This document shows positions 12,296-26,489 of a DNA stretch of 64,000 nt, piece after piece. Under the pieces are notes generated by a model. It searched no databases and was not told where the DNA came from. It saw only the letters and a program-made list of their open reading frames with translations. Position numbers and translations under genes: made by a program. Source of the DNA: Lingula anatina (Eukaryota > Animalia > Brachiopoda); assembly GCA_051362555.1 (NCBI GenBank), contig CM120649.1, forward strand, positions 18,676,567 to 18,740,566, given 5' to 3'. How positions within the stretch are numbered: position 1 is the first letter of the stretch; the number at the start of each line of letters is the position of its first letter.

Positions 12296-15200
12296 TCTAT
12301 CCCTGGGACCTGGGTGCATATAATACATCCAATCATCCCAATCAATCTTGGATAACTAACAGTGGCAAACATCCAAGAATCTTCCAATCTTAAATCTGCA
12401 TGTTTGATTATTCCTTAGAACTAATGATGTTGAAATCAGAATCGTGATCCCGTAATCTCAGTCAGCTAACAGAAGAAAATGTCCATATCAATATCAATAT
12501 CTGTTTGTCCTTGGTTTTTATAGCCAGTGATTTCTGTGCAAGAATCTGATTCCTGTTCTCATGATCATGCCAGCCAAAAAGATCTTTCTATCCCAATCAA
12601 ACAAGATACATACGACTATTATTACTTTGAGTGTTCAACTCGAGGTCCAATCAGACAAGGCCTTCTTGAAAACAGAAAACCGAATGTCTTCTGTCTTAAA
12701 TAGCAAAGCACCATCAGGCTCATAGGTAGGGGGTATCAAAGTAACACCCCCTTTTCCAGAAATGGTCCACGCTAAATCAAGATGGGTTAAAAAGGTCCAC
12801 ATTTTTAGACAGACAACCCCATCGAAATTGCTGCCTTCAGGCCTGACAGTGGAGTCTAACCGTAATTCCACTAGGTCCCTGAAATTTGGAACACTGGTTC
12901 TCAGAAGAACTGAGTGAGCCATATTATTCGGTCCAAATACTCCTTGTCTGAGCACACTTATGGACGTAATTGGGTTTTCAAGCTTTCTTATCATATCAGT
13001 AAAATTAAGGGCTCTAAGCAAACTAACTCATTACTTTGTCATTCCTTTATATAAATATAATATAATGGAAAAAAGGAATTTGTGAGTTTACTGCTATGAA
13101 GTGAATGATGAACTTAAAAAAAAAAAAAAAACTTAAGACAACATAAAATCTGATATGATCTTGGGTTGTAAGGAAAAATAGAAAGAAATGGCTTCACGAC
13201 CCTATGGACAGGAAACTGGGGCTGCTAGCTTACAGAAAAATACCACCAAGAAAAAAAAATCAGATTTCTGATTTAATTTGGCTAAAAAAATCCTCACTGA
13301 TACAAGTGTATAGTATTATAGTATGTGTAGTAGATTTCAAGAAATGGAGAGGGTAATTACGGGGGGCGGGGAGGAGGGGGAATGGCCGACAGAGAGGTCA
13401 CACGTCATCACCCCTTTAACAAGAATACCACAAAAATCCCTACAAAAACAGGGGACCAGTGTGGGAACAATGTGTGGATTAGAGAGCACTTTCATCTGTA
13501 GCTCAGTTCTTATCAATCAGCCAATTACAAACCTTCATCTGTAGAGAATGAAACACCTCCCATTAAAATGCAAGGATCAAAAGGTGTCCTAATCCAAACA
13601 ACTTCAGGGATGTAATGAAATTAACCATCACAAAAAGAAACATGTTTTTCCCCAAAAGAGCAATATCTTGTACTGCTTAAAACTTTACCTAACTGTTAGC
13701 TTTAGTACTCCATCATGAAACACACTGCAGGTGCCTTGCTTGCTAGCAAAGACTGTGTTTCCAATGTAGTAATGCACACTCACAAATTACATATAGAAAT
13801 AAAAATTCCTCTAATGCCAGATTTCAAATTCATAGTCTTCAAAATATATATTCTCTTTTAATATTCTTTATTTTGTTCCAGAGGTTTGGTTTGAAATTAA
13901 TGCCAAGTGGAAGCAGCAATAGTATAATTTTATTTACTGAGGATAAAAATGTGGTAAGTATTAATCTCTTTTTCCCCATGGCCCAAATAGATTTTTCTTT
14001 TTTCCTCAGAGTAAGTTGTGTGATGTGCTCAACGGTGAGAGTGATGGTGAGAGAGCAAACTACCAGACCAAGAATGAAACCTGTTAATTCTTGCAGACTG
14101 AATATAAGACACCATTTATTATCTGCATTAAGCACTATCTAATAACTGCAAATGTAATCTAAGGTATGAGTAAAAGATGAAGGAGCATTACCAATCAAAT
14201 AAGGTATTATTCAAATGTTAGTTCAATTATCTTGAATCCAATAGGAATGTTAACTGTGAAATCTAGTTAGTCACTTCCTGTGAATGTTAGCCAAGGTTAT
14301 GCACAAGGTCAAGGTCAATTATGTCAAGGTCATTGTGGCAAAGTGTCAAGGTCAGTGTGGCTTGACTAACTGATCTATTGCCAAGTTGAGGTTGGTAAGA
14401 TATGATTAAGATGATAATCCTCTAGTAACTGATTAATTCTCAGACCGCAAAATATCATTTGCCATCTTATACAACTAAAAAGTAATCAAGAACTAATAAG
14501 TGATATTTTTAGTTCTAAAATACCTGGGAGACTCCGAGACATTTTCCTTCCATTTCTTTCCATCTTCATGATTGTTATGTGTATTTTCTTTTATTTTTCC
14601 CTTTTTTTTTTTTTTGGAAAATCCTTTCTGAGTTTTATAGACAGTCTAGCAACAGAGAGTTATACTATATATTCCACAAGGAACCACTGTTGGTCAGAAT
14701 CCAAATCCACTTATTTCCTAACAGTCATACTGCCAAGTAAACTCCCACTTATTGAGTTGACAACTGTATCTGTAAAAAAAGAAAATGTTAAAGAAATTCA
14801 TTTCTGACTGACTAAATCAAAATCCATTTAGCCTGGGACCATGCTACTGCAGACCTATAAAGTGTTTGGGTGCTTTACACTTTTAAATATCTGTAATTGC
14901 TAACAATTAAACTGTGCATTTTCATCGTTAAAGATGTGAGAGTGGAAAATGTTTTTTTTTCTTCTTTTCACTCCTTGTATTAATAATTATCTGGATTTTC
15001 AACAAATTGTGACCAAGTTCGATAAAATATATAAATAATCTATGTAAATTTATCCACTCAGTTTGGCCACTTCTAGACCCTCATACATGGATTTTCAAAG
15101 AGTTGTGACTTCAATGAAATATATAAATAATCAATTTATCCACTATCAGTTCTGGACACTTTTGGGCCCTCACACAGCATCAAAATCTATCAAAATATAT

Positions 15201-16579
15201 ATGCCCCCCCCCCTTCCCCCCCAACCCACAACTACGAACCTGATAAACCCTATAGCAAGCACAACTCCGTGCTCAGACAGAAATCAACAAAATCACACAG
15301 CTAACCCGTTTGGTTTTGATTTTTATGAAAAACTACCCAACTGAATACCAAAATCTGACATTTAATTTAAAAGAAATCGGCAACATTCAATAAAACAGTT
15401 TCGCCCGATTAGACACCAATGGGTGTCAGCCGCCATCTTTTGTCCACTGAGGACAAAAGTCAACTTTTCTTTTAATCCTTGTTTACTTTGTTAGGAGGCG
15501 ATATGTTTATTTTTGGCAAATCAAATTATGTACAACACGTCCAGAGGTATTAGGCTAGATGCTAATATATGTCTACCACAGCATTTTTATGCCCCAGATG
15601 CCGATACCAGTCTGAGTATGGAGTGCACTCGTTCCAATGGAGCTTCTTATATAACCATTGCTCCTGCTTGAATTGGTAAAAGGCATGGAGCATTCGGTAT
15701 CTTTTAAGTTATTTTGCATTATCCCTCTGTTATATAAAATTAGAAAAAAAAAAAAAAACTTGGTCTTTTTTTTTTTTTTTTAGATAGAGCATCATTTCTT
15801 TTCACATGACAAATTGAGATCTTTTACAGGTAACTTCATAGGGTCCTCGATAAATCTTAACTCACAACAATTTATAAATCCTACCTGTTTGGCTCTTTAT
15901 CTTGAACTCAGAATTTATTTTTCTCACTGTTTATTCCATATCATAAATTTAAATGTAACACTCACCACATACTGATGTCTTGGCGTTCTGCATTCTCAAC
16001 ATCAACAGAAATAACATTCAACAGTCAAAGTGCATCCTAAGCATCCGGAGTTTTCTTTCTGCGCTGTTCAGGTCTCAACTCAAAGTTTTTCACTAATATT
16101 TCACGTAAAATACTACAACTTGGACAGAAAATACATCAGATTCTGCAATTTTCTCAATAAGCTTTGACGACTTACAGGCTATCAAAAACCACAACTCCAA
16201 ATTACTGCAAATCAGGTCAAAACATCTTTGAACATTTTTTGACCGTGCATCAACGTTTTAACACTTAATCATGTCTTCACCCCCCGTTTGACCTCCGTAA
16301 TGTCCAGCTATTCTAGGACACAGTGTCCAGGTCCTGAGAGGACCATGGTCAATTGGTCAATTTAACCTGGTTCACGTGTTATGTATTACGTAGTTCACAA
16401 TAACATGCCTGCGGGGACACCCTGTACCTCTGCTGGCCCCTCCTAGCCAAACAGACCAGGAATAATAAAATAATACAGACTTGTTGATTATAAAATATCA
16501 TAAAATTTGTTGGTATTTTCCGTCTCTAAGACCTACAATTTTGATCTAACACTATTGCTGGAGTATGCATTATAATTGC

Positions 16580-16592
16580 CTCTCTCTCTCTC

Positions 16593-16646
<54 letters not shown>

Positions 16647-16677
16647 TCTCTCTCTCTCTCCCTCTCTCTCTCTCTCA
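16580..16677. repeat. Compound (CT)n(CA)n(CT)n microsatellite
   Basis: Direct inspection. Confidence 0.9.
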
Positions 16678-18283
16678 TACTATGCTACATGTTGACTACA
16701 AATTTATTCTTCATTTCTTCATTTTACATGGCTCCAAGTTTCACCATATTCCTTATACTTGTCTCAAATCTATTCTCTTACTCCTGTCTTTTCCCAAATA
16801 TTGGAAGTAATCTGTTAAATCAGGCAGCGCTGTGCCACCAGCAGGCTTTTAATACAATTTCTATAGGTCGCAGGGGCCACTGGTTTCACCTCATATATTT
16901 AATAATTGGATTACAGCATTTGTTGTGAGTTGACCAATGCCTTAATGTGGGCTGACTGGGTGGGATTAACTGTGTCAGACTTCTGGCGAAGATGAACTTT
17001 ACAGTGAGCTTATACAAAACTGACTTGAGGATTTCAGGAAACCAAAGCAACCTTGAATTCGGAAGCAATCTACGTGAAGATATAGTGGTACATTTGAGGC
17101 TAAAACGAATCACCCTTGAACTTTCTTTCTGCCTCAATTTCCACAGGTAATGGGAAATGAAAACATAAGACTCAATAGCCATCATATATCATACCCACAA
17201 AGACAAGACCCAATATCCCTTTCCTGAATCTTCTGACCAAAGATCAAGCAATCATTTTCATAGGAAGACAAAAAAACAGTTCCCAGAAGATGTCATAGTC
17301 TGCAAGTAAGGTGTGATGTTACAGGACGGTTTTATATTATTGATGTTCTTCAGATTTTGTCTAGTCTCACCCATGCACAATTAGGTACATCTATCACAAT
17401 GACAAAATATTCACAAGGCACTGTCAAGTTTGCAGAGAGATTAGGAGCAGGAAAATATTATAAAAATATGCTGGATCCTATAGACCAATTTCCCAAAATG
17501 ATATTCTTTTTATGACACTATAAAGGGAACAAAAAGGTAAAAATTGAACCCTGTGATTAAAAAAAAAATTAAAAAAACACACACACACACACACGTTATT
17601 AATTCTCTGCTTTTGCTCCTAAACCCTATCTTTGCCATTGTATATAAATCAAAAGATCAAATCTGTCCCTAAAAATCATTTTGTATTCTGCTACGGGAAC
17701 ACTATTGGAACACTCCACTCCTCTAAATTGCATCATGTTGCCATTTGAAGCAGGTTTCAGCTCCAAACTGGGTTACTTCATGTGAAATGCCACAGATAGC
17801 CTTAAGACAGATAGACACATATCCTCTCTCCTGGTAAAATTACATCTCAAAAAGTCAATATTACATCCTGTTTACAGGAACAATTTCCTTCAGAAGGGAT
17901 GCATTAGGATCATTTTCAAATGAGAAAGATACAAGGGTTGAACTTTGGTTGAGATGATAGCATTAATATGATTGTTGGGCCCACTTAGACTGCTACCGTG
18001 GGAAATATTCAGTGTTAACATTACACCACATTTATATTCATCAGGATATCTTAATAAATAATTCAGATAATTTTATCTTAGAACTAAGTCTTCTGTTCAA
18101 ATTAAAATCCTGTTTGAATATTCCTCAATGGAGCTGCTCTTTTTTTTTTTTTTTTTACACAATAAAAAAACCTAGGAACACAAAACAATTTGCTGAAAGA
18201 AAATGGATGGTTTAAAAATAAAATATTCATTTCAGCCATTATAGAACAAATACAGAAATAATCAGATGTTCATGAACCTGGTC

Positions 18284-18450
18284 CAGGGGCGGATTTAGGC
18301 CGTCTTCTGGGTCTTCCGGAAGACGGTCAGATTTTCAAGTTTACATTGACGGGTATCTATTTTTTTCTGTCGGAAGACGGTCAAATATGGAGGTTGGATC
18401 AACAAAGATAATTTGGAAGACTGTCAGAAAATATTTTGGATCCGCCCCTG
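18284..18450. mobile_element. MITE family C copy (TSD TGGTC)
   Basis: Same TIRs and internal GAAGACGG motifs; tggtc on both sides. Confidence 0.85.
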
Positions 18451-19296
18451 TGGTCTCCTTGTCCTCTTCACACTGCTTTCTTCTCAGTGAAGGGTTTCAG
18501 CTGGTGAACAATGAAGATCACCCACTTCCACGAGGTTGAAAAACACACGAAAGGGGCAGTTAACACCACCCTGAATTTCTCTATTACATCAGACATAAAA
18601 CACATACTCAAACAGCAAGATATGTCATACCAATGGCCTCTTTCAGACACCACACCACAATTTAACTGTGATTTTCACACTAACACATTGCCAGACATGC
18701 TGAAAACTTTTTTAAACAACTGGACATTACGACCCATTGTTATGAAAAATTTTCTGGACCCAAGAACGTTTTGCCAGATGCATATTCAAAATGGCACCTC
18801 TAAAATTGTTACCGATCCCTTAGATGGACTGACCACAATATTAAGCTGGTCCTTGGAAAATTTCTTTACAGGACAGTTTCAGTTTCAGCATGTCTGAATT
18901 TCAAGAGTTATGCCATGATTTTAATTATCATAAATGGTCCAAAATAAAATGATGGTCTTCACACTAAAGGGACCTGGTCTCAGGAAATAATAAACAGATC
19001 AACCCTCTGCCATTTCATTTATCAACTGTTTGTCTAGAAGGGGAGAATTGCAGTGTCACACCCAACACAATCTAAACTGTCACACCTAGCACATTCTCTA
19101 TTGTTACCACCCTTTACAGAACTGATATACATAAACAATAAAGAGAGGCCAAGGATTCAATCATCACACAAAAAACCCACTATACACTCACTCAATATGG
19201 CAGAGGGTTAAAAATCCATTAAGAGAGTAAAGACCACAAATGCGCAGATATAATATTTATGTGGCAGAGGGGAAAACTCGTCATTCCGGGTCTTAC

Positions 19297-19418
19297 CTCC
19301 AGCAGGGCATGCAGTTGCTGATCTTGGAAAATGCGCTCCAGGAAGTCCGTGTCATTAAGGTGACAGTCTGTCAGGCACTGGATCTCCTCTAGGCTGTCCA
19401 GGATCTGGGACACTGCTC
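19297..19418 (-). CDS. CASK: CASK coding exon, first L27 domain: [41 protein letters not shown]
   Basis: Matches CASK L27N (AVSQ.LDSLEEI..LTDC...D.DFL...FQDQ.LH.LL). Acceptor ttttcaaag, donor gtaaga; 122 nt, phase 1 to 0. Confidence 0.95.
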
Positions 19419-22400
19419 CTTTGAAAAAATAAAACGAGAGACTCTTGATACTGATATAAAAATGATGAACATTGTTTAAAAGTTTTTATCTAATTTCAAT
19501 GATAGATCCACATATTAGATGTTCATCTCTTCCATCAAGGACTTTTGTTGAAAATATATTGGTCAGATATGAAAGAAGATTTTTTTTTAATCCTGAAAAT
19601 GCAAGCACCAAAAATACACAGATCCACAAGGGAGGAGGGACATAAATACAATACCCAAATAGCAGGATTTATGGACACATCAGGAAGACCACCAACCCTA
19701 TATTGATAGATGACAAACAAACAACAGTTAGACTGGTGACTTTTTTTTTGTGTCAAATGCTTAGTTATTCCATCAAGGAATTTTCTTGTAAACACATCTG
19801 AAACTTGATAAAGAGGTAGCAGCTAGTATGTTATTGTGTTCAACCAAGACTGTCAAAATCTGGAAAACTGCTTCACAGAAAATAATCTCCTACAGAAATC
19901 ACACTATTTTCCAATTGTTCTTTCAAAGTGTATATTTGATGATTGACTGTTTCGTCGTTATTTCGAAAATTTTCAAAATATCACAAAAACAAATACACTA
20001 ACTTAAACTGAAGTTGCTCTTTAGAATTTTCAAATCGCCTTTTTTTTAATTACTCCATCTAAACATACTTAAAAGAAACACTTCATTCATTTGTCAACGT
20101 TTGCAAAATTCACTGGACAGTATGTTTCCCTATGCGAACACCCTTAAAAATAAATGATTTGAAATCAACTAATTACTTGTCATGGTCAATTTTGCAGATC
20201 TCAGAGATTTGTTCAAATGAGTGAAACACTCCCTTGAGAGAACAAATCAAGCCAATCACAAATCTTGGATCAATACAGCGTGAGAATCAATTGTTTCCAC
20301 CAGCAGAAATATCTGAGGTCTTCACAAGGCAGTTATGAATGAAACATGTATAACTGCAGCTTCAAAACTATACCAAAGATTTTCTATAACATTATTATAG
20401 CTCTTATATATAAATAATTCCAATAAATAAACACTGAAATAAAAACTTTCTTAACAAAAGTGATAGCAGATAACATCAAACAGTACATCAACAGGAACAT
20501 GCGGGTAGTAGCAGTCAAACATGTGAAACACATCAATGACCTTAAAAGTAACAACACAGTAAAATCATTTAACTAGCACAAATAACAGATACAGTTTTGA
20601 AAAAAAAAAAGCACGAAGAAATGGCCTGATAGCCTTGTGGTTAGGCTAAAGGCAAGAAAAACACCTAGAATAAATGGATTTCCAGTTCAAAAAAGAGAAA
20701 AATGTGTGGAATAAAATGATTAGACATTCTGACTGTACAGTATCTAGCCTTTATCTATACATACCACTTCCTGTGTACGGTGGATAATAATTATGCTTCC
20801 AATGACTGCTGCCCATATTTCTGGTACTTGCTGCCTCAAAATGTTCGTTTTGTTTGAAGTTACTATGACGATGAGCTGGCATCATGACAATGGCTATTGT
20901 TGAGATCGTTGTTTCAGTCAGTGTTTAACTTAAATGATTTTCATTCAATATATCCAAAAGTGTGATTGGTCCTTCCAGAGAAATTGTTGCCTCTTTCCAT
21001 CACATTTCAATATACTTTGACTACTGACAATGAAGATGTCTTCCTCTTTAAAGTGAAAAATATTAATCTCTATTATCCAATGTTGACTTTTTCTAATTTG
21101 GTTTTCTAGGGACTCACAGTGTGACTGATGGGCGATTAAGCCACATAATAAATACATTATATATTAATGTGCGAACCAGATATGTAGGGGTTGTAGTAAT
21201 CCTTATAACATAGAACAAATGAATAAATAATCCTGACAACATCAATTTTTGCTGCTATTATGCCTCTTATTGTCATCACAATGAATAGTCACCACGAACG
21301 ATTCATGGACTACATGGTGAAATCAGCTCCTCCCAAATACTATAACATGGCTTTGTACAACAGCTAAATTCAAGAGTTACTACCACTCCAATAGTTCAAC
21401 GTCTCATATGACACCTTCGTTAGGCAATGACAGCTACTGCTGTAACTTAACACACATGACGCAACTGATGAAATATTTTGCTGGACTAATAATGTTCTCC
21501 CTGACACTCATGGCATAATGGTTCTCTTTTGATCACAGAACAAATTGTTGTAACTGGTAACTCCACCCTTGTTTTTGCTATCAGATGTTGTAGTTATTGT
21601 TATTATCTTCGCTACTGCAGTTGCTGCTACATGTTGTTGTGATATCACAGTTAAACCATGACATCATATTCTGACAAAAGTTCCCTGGTACCATATTGTA
21701 ATTTCAACTCATCAATTGTTGAGCAAAGGGAAAACTGTCTAGTCCAAATGATCAAGGCCATGCGTAATGGCCAAAAGTTCTTGATAAACTATTCCAAATT
21801 TTTAAGTCATATGCATCAGTTTTAATACTTTGCTACATGAAAACTGTCTTTATGCTGGTTCTGCATAACAATGTAGTAATGTTGCTCTTGACGATGAAGA
21901 CCACATGTTCCTCGTGAACACGTTCCCATTTTTTAACATGAGATGACTTCAACTCTATAACAAGATGATGTAAAGAAAGTGAACAAAATCCATACTCTAT
22001 TTTTAACCACTTTTGCAATCTTTACAAGAAAAGAATACCTTCAATGAAAAAAGCTACCACTGCCAGTTGCTCCAAAGCTACTGTACAATATTGAACCACA
22101 CCAATCATTTTTCCCATACCAACTACTCTGCCTCTAGAGAAACTGTCTTCAAGTAATAGAATTTCTGAACCACATCTGCATTTGGACCAGACAATTTGTC
22201 TTTTCAGTAAATTAAATCTAAATGATGATTGCAATTAAATTAGCAAGTGCTCTCCTTTCGTGTCGTTAATTAAATATTTTTGAAATTTTATTTTTAGCAC
22301 ATTTAGCATAAAACATAATTTAGTTTCCAATGCTTCTTTTTTCATTTTTTTATTTCATCCCCTTCTCAATACATCAATGGCACATCTTATTTCACTTCAT

Positions 22401-22688
22401 ATAAATCCATATATCCATTTCTAGATAAAGATTCAACTGAGAAGTTCCAACCCATCCTCTTCACAACTCTTACAATACTGTGGGAATATCTCAATTAATC
22501 AACTGCTAGTAGAAAGCATATGTGCCTGGCAGTACTTCCAACTGATACAACAGAAATAAAGCTGAAAGTTAAAGAATAGCCAATCCAGATCTGATGACCT
22601 TGACCTAAAAGGCAGTACTTCCCTACTCATCTGTTCAACCCTTCAGTAATAAAAACGTATCCGATGCTGTATCCTTGTAATGTAAATG

Positions 22689-22804
22689 CTATACACAATC
22701 TGTGATGAACACTGGATCTGCTTTACGTTTTAACGACTCTTCGACACTCTGTGATACCCGGTAATTCAACGCCTCGAAATACAAGCTGCCTTCCTTCAAT
22801 CCAT
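22689..22804 (-). CDS. Candidate alternative terminal exon: (D)GLKEGSLYFEALNYRVSQSVEESLKRKADPVFITDCV*
   Basis: Acceptor gtttgttgtag. The open frame is phase 1, which fits the upstream CASK donor at 31123. Locally CpG-rich; minus-strand AATAAA at 22349-22354 and 22287-22292. Confidence 0.5.
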
Positions 22805-23113
22805 CTACAACAAACACTGATTTATTATTAATCATCACACATGCCAATAGCCTTTCAAATGCCAGTAATATACAGTCTACATAAGGCTCCTACTTTCCAT
22901 CTTTGGCATGACAGAAAAGATTCAATTTTCCTATTGATATTTATAACAAGGATTTAATAATTGATTAGCATATCGACCACCATTACCATGACATTAAATA
23001 TACAGAAAACTCCATTCACCTCTTAGTATGTATGCTTAACATAGTAGCTGCATTGAAAAATGATTCTTATCTCCAATGTATTACTTCCCTGAATCATATG
23101 CAAGTCCCACTGT

Positions 23114-23144
<31 letters not shown>

Positions 23145-23703
23145 TAATTACAAATCAAATGATTAATTAATTGATAATCTGATCAGACAAACTCCACTTC
23201 ACGAGTTGTAACCCCTTATCTGTGATTCAAAACATGACAAAGGAGATGTAGAAACACTGAGAAAAGCAAACTATTCCAGAAACCAAGATTACTCGACAGA
23301 GACAAGTTCGGTGAACTCATCCAGTCACGAAGGACGGATTACGCTGTGAAAGTTCTTTCGACCTTAGCAGCAGCAGCAGAACACACCACATCATCCAGAA
23401 GTTTATAAATTACGTTGGCCTCAGTTTGAAGTCATCCCTTGCCTGTCCCTACTATTAATCTATATCTTTGACGCAGAGGCAATATCCTGGTACAAATTTC
23501 CTTACTCAACTCAGACCATTGGTTGTGATTCAAAATTCCTTATCAAAGGGTATGAGAGAACTTTCACTGCCAATAGTCTCAATGGTATCACCAGAACTCC
23601 TCGAGTGCTCTCAGGGATGAACAAATTGTTCCTGTCATAAAAAACAGACTAGGGATATATATATATACATGTCTGCACAAGCCAACCATAACTTTATGTA
23701 TTA

Positions 23704-23928
23704 GACTGGGTTCCCATGCCTAGATCAATCCAACTGGATCGACCAAATTCCCTGGGGGTTCACGCTAAATTGCTATCAGCTGAAGAGGCTTAAACGTCTG
23801 TCACGCCTACTCAATCAGTTAGGGGGTAATTATCTTACTTGCATGCTCGGCTGTGCCGATAGCAGATAGCAATTTAGTGAGACTCCCTGTGGAGATAGAT
23901 CGATCCAAATATCTGTGGGAATGGTCCC
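23704..23928. mobile_element. MITE family A copy (reverse orientation)
   Basis: Shares the CCCTGGGGGTTCACGCTAAATTG and TAGTGAGACTCCC blocks; flanks TTA/TAA. Confidence 0.8.
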
Positions 23929-26047
23929 TAAGAAACACTACTCAAGGGAAGATAATAGATGGTCTCCTGTTACACTTGCTGAATGATAGTGCCAGCAAGA
24001 GATACCAACTGGAACTGGAGCCAGATATCTGACGTAATACTTGCATGTTCATCTCTCAAATATGCTCTACGCTTGAAAACCGTTTCCATCCAGTCACTGC
24101 TGTAACAACAGCGACTACAAATCCTCTATCTTGACGCAAATTAAGACCAACAGGTTCAAATACGCCATTTAGTATAGTTCAGTACTTAAGTACCTCAGTT
24201 TTACTTTTGTAATTTAAGTATTTTGTCACAGAGGCTACAAATATGGCTGTTGGGACGGGTAATTGCACATCAAATCACTTGCCAATAATCCAGATAAATA
24301 TAGAAAACAAGTCATTAAATTCTCGCTATACTATAATTATTGATGATATACGTAACTTGTCATTCATTCAATTGCCACTTGATGGCCAACAAATTGAAGC
24401 ATTATTAATATATCCAATCCGCCAAGTAGTGTTCATTTAGCACAGGTAATCAGTGTGACTTACTTTCTGAAGTATAAAGTACATGAGTGTCAATGTTATA
24501 TAACATATTTGATGGTGGTAAGTTGATTTCATCATCTGTCAGAGTTCATTGGAGCACTGTGTCCAAACCATCAGTCTACCTTAGAGAGCCTGCATGGTGC
24601 TTGTCTGATGATATATGATAAATTGCAGGCTGCTGGAGTTAAAACTGCCACATGTAGCAGGAACATTTTCCAAGTGTATATATTTATTTTCTCTAAAGTA
24701 AAGGACACTGGTCCAAAATCCTATAGGATCCTGTAGGACATATGTCCTAGATAGGTATCCTATAGGACATTTGATAGAATTCCTATAGAGTCCCATAGAG
24801 CCCAGTAAGATTTCTAAAGGAAAATTTAATATCAGTAATCAGATGTCCCAGGAGTCTATAATATTTAATTAGTCACATTGTCACAAATTTATCATGCAAT
24901 ATGAAAAAATTTATATTATTATTATATTTGCAGGTAACAGCATAAACAGACACACAAGTCACCAGGAAAAAAAATCTTATTTCATTAATTTCAGATGTAT
25001 ATTTTCACCACTTCATGTAAATCACAATTCAATCCATGAATGCAAATCTGTCGACACTAATATACCTGGCCATCAAGACTAAGCGTAATAAATAATGCAA
25101 GATATCAGCCATAACATTGGATGTTGGTGTGTTGTAATCATTCATTGAAATGCCAGTCAAGAAGGAGCTGCCATGTTAACTGAGATATGTCTTCTTGATA
25201 GACCAATCATCTACCAGTTTGCACCTTTAATTTTTCTTAATCACAGTCTAATAAAGGACAAATAAGAAATAATCCAAACCTTTCTTTAAATCACTCTCTT
25301 AAGCAACAGCCAGGCTATTACGTTGTCAATCTCCCAAAATGGCACAAAAAAAGAGGAAAGTCAATCTAATCAGATGCAACTGGCAAAGTAATGCCAGATG
25401 GATTGCAGAACCTATTTTCAGTATGCTTGAAATAAGTCTAATTACCAGAGAACAAATTAACTCATTATTTTCTGTGTTCTGTTAGAGTATGTCAGATCAT
25501 TCTTTGTGATGAGTACATATAAGTCAATGAACCTTGGTATAAGTGTCAGATATAGAGAGCAGGTGCCCTTATAGACAGTAATTATATAACAGTCTATACA
25601 ATTAGCTAGCAGTATTATTTAATAGTTTGTCTAGACAAACAGTTTCAATATCACCAAAACATGATCAAGGTCCAGAGGAACAGTTGGCCCAGAAGAGAGC
25701 TTGTTCTTTCCCTTGCTGGTAATTTGAGACTGTGAATCCACAGATTTTATCCCATGTGACAGAGGACACAAGCCTTGGCAGACCAGGTAAGACAGCTACA
25801 GGTGTCTTTAATTTAGGTCAGTTGTACCAATTTAGCATGGACTCCTAAGAATTGTAAGCGGCAAAATTGGATTTCTCAAAAAATCCAAGGGGCTGTTTAC
25901 TTAATTTTTTAAAGTGTGTTTTAACTTCAGATCCCCAGGGAATATTGTGATAGATGTGACAGTAGCTGTACATTCAGCAGTGCCAGTAGTCCACTTGGGA
26001 TGTCAACTATATGAATCGAGGGCCAGTTTGTTACATACTAGCTCTAA

Positions 26048-26260
26048 GACTGCATTCCCACAGATTTTAGATCAATCTATCCCCGTGGGGAGTCTCACTA
26101 GATTGCTGTCAGATTAGCCGGCTTAAATGTCTGTCCCGCCTCCTAAAAGCTGTAAAGGGGTAATTAACTTTCGTGCGCTCGGCTGACAGCAATTTAGCTT
26201 GAACCCCCAGGGAGATAGGTCGATCCAGATGGATCGATCTAAATCTGTGGGAACCCAGTC
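26048..26260. mobile_element. MITE family A copy (TSD TAA)
   Basis: GACTGCATTCCCACAGATTTTAGATC...GATCTAAATCTGTGGGAACCCAGTC flanked by taa. Confidence 0.85.
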
Positions 26261-26263
26261 TAA

Positions 26264-26489
26264 GACTGCTATCACAATGAATCTATTGTACAACTCCTTG
26301 AGGACTCTCACTGATTAAAATCAGATTAACAGACTGCCACGCCTCCTCTTGGCATCGAGTAGAATATAGAAAAACTGGTGATTATACAAGAAACGAGGGG
26401 GCGTGTTGAGTTGTTAATCTGATAACATTCAGCAAGAGTCCCTCAGGGGTGATTCGCAGTAGCTAGAAAGATTTATTGTGACCATACCC
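26264..26489. mobile_element. Palindromic MITE family H abutting family A (TSD TAA)
   Basis: Imperfect inverted repeat (ATCAGATTAAC...CACGCCTCCTC vs GAGGGGGCGTG...GTTAATCTGAT); related fragment at ~27100-27165. Confidence 0.65.

Noticed and set aside
12635-13021. 128-aa minus-strand ORF
   Set aside because: Non-ATG start, no recognisable domain and no convincing splice signals.
18511-18897. 128-aa plus-strand ORF antisense to CASK
   Set aside because: No recognisable motif; the length is compatible with chance.
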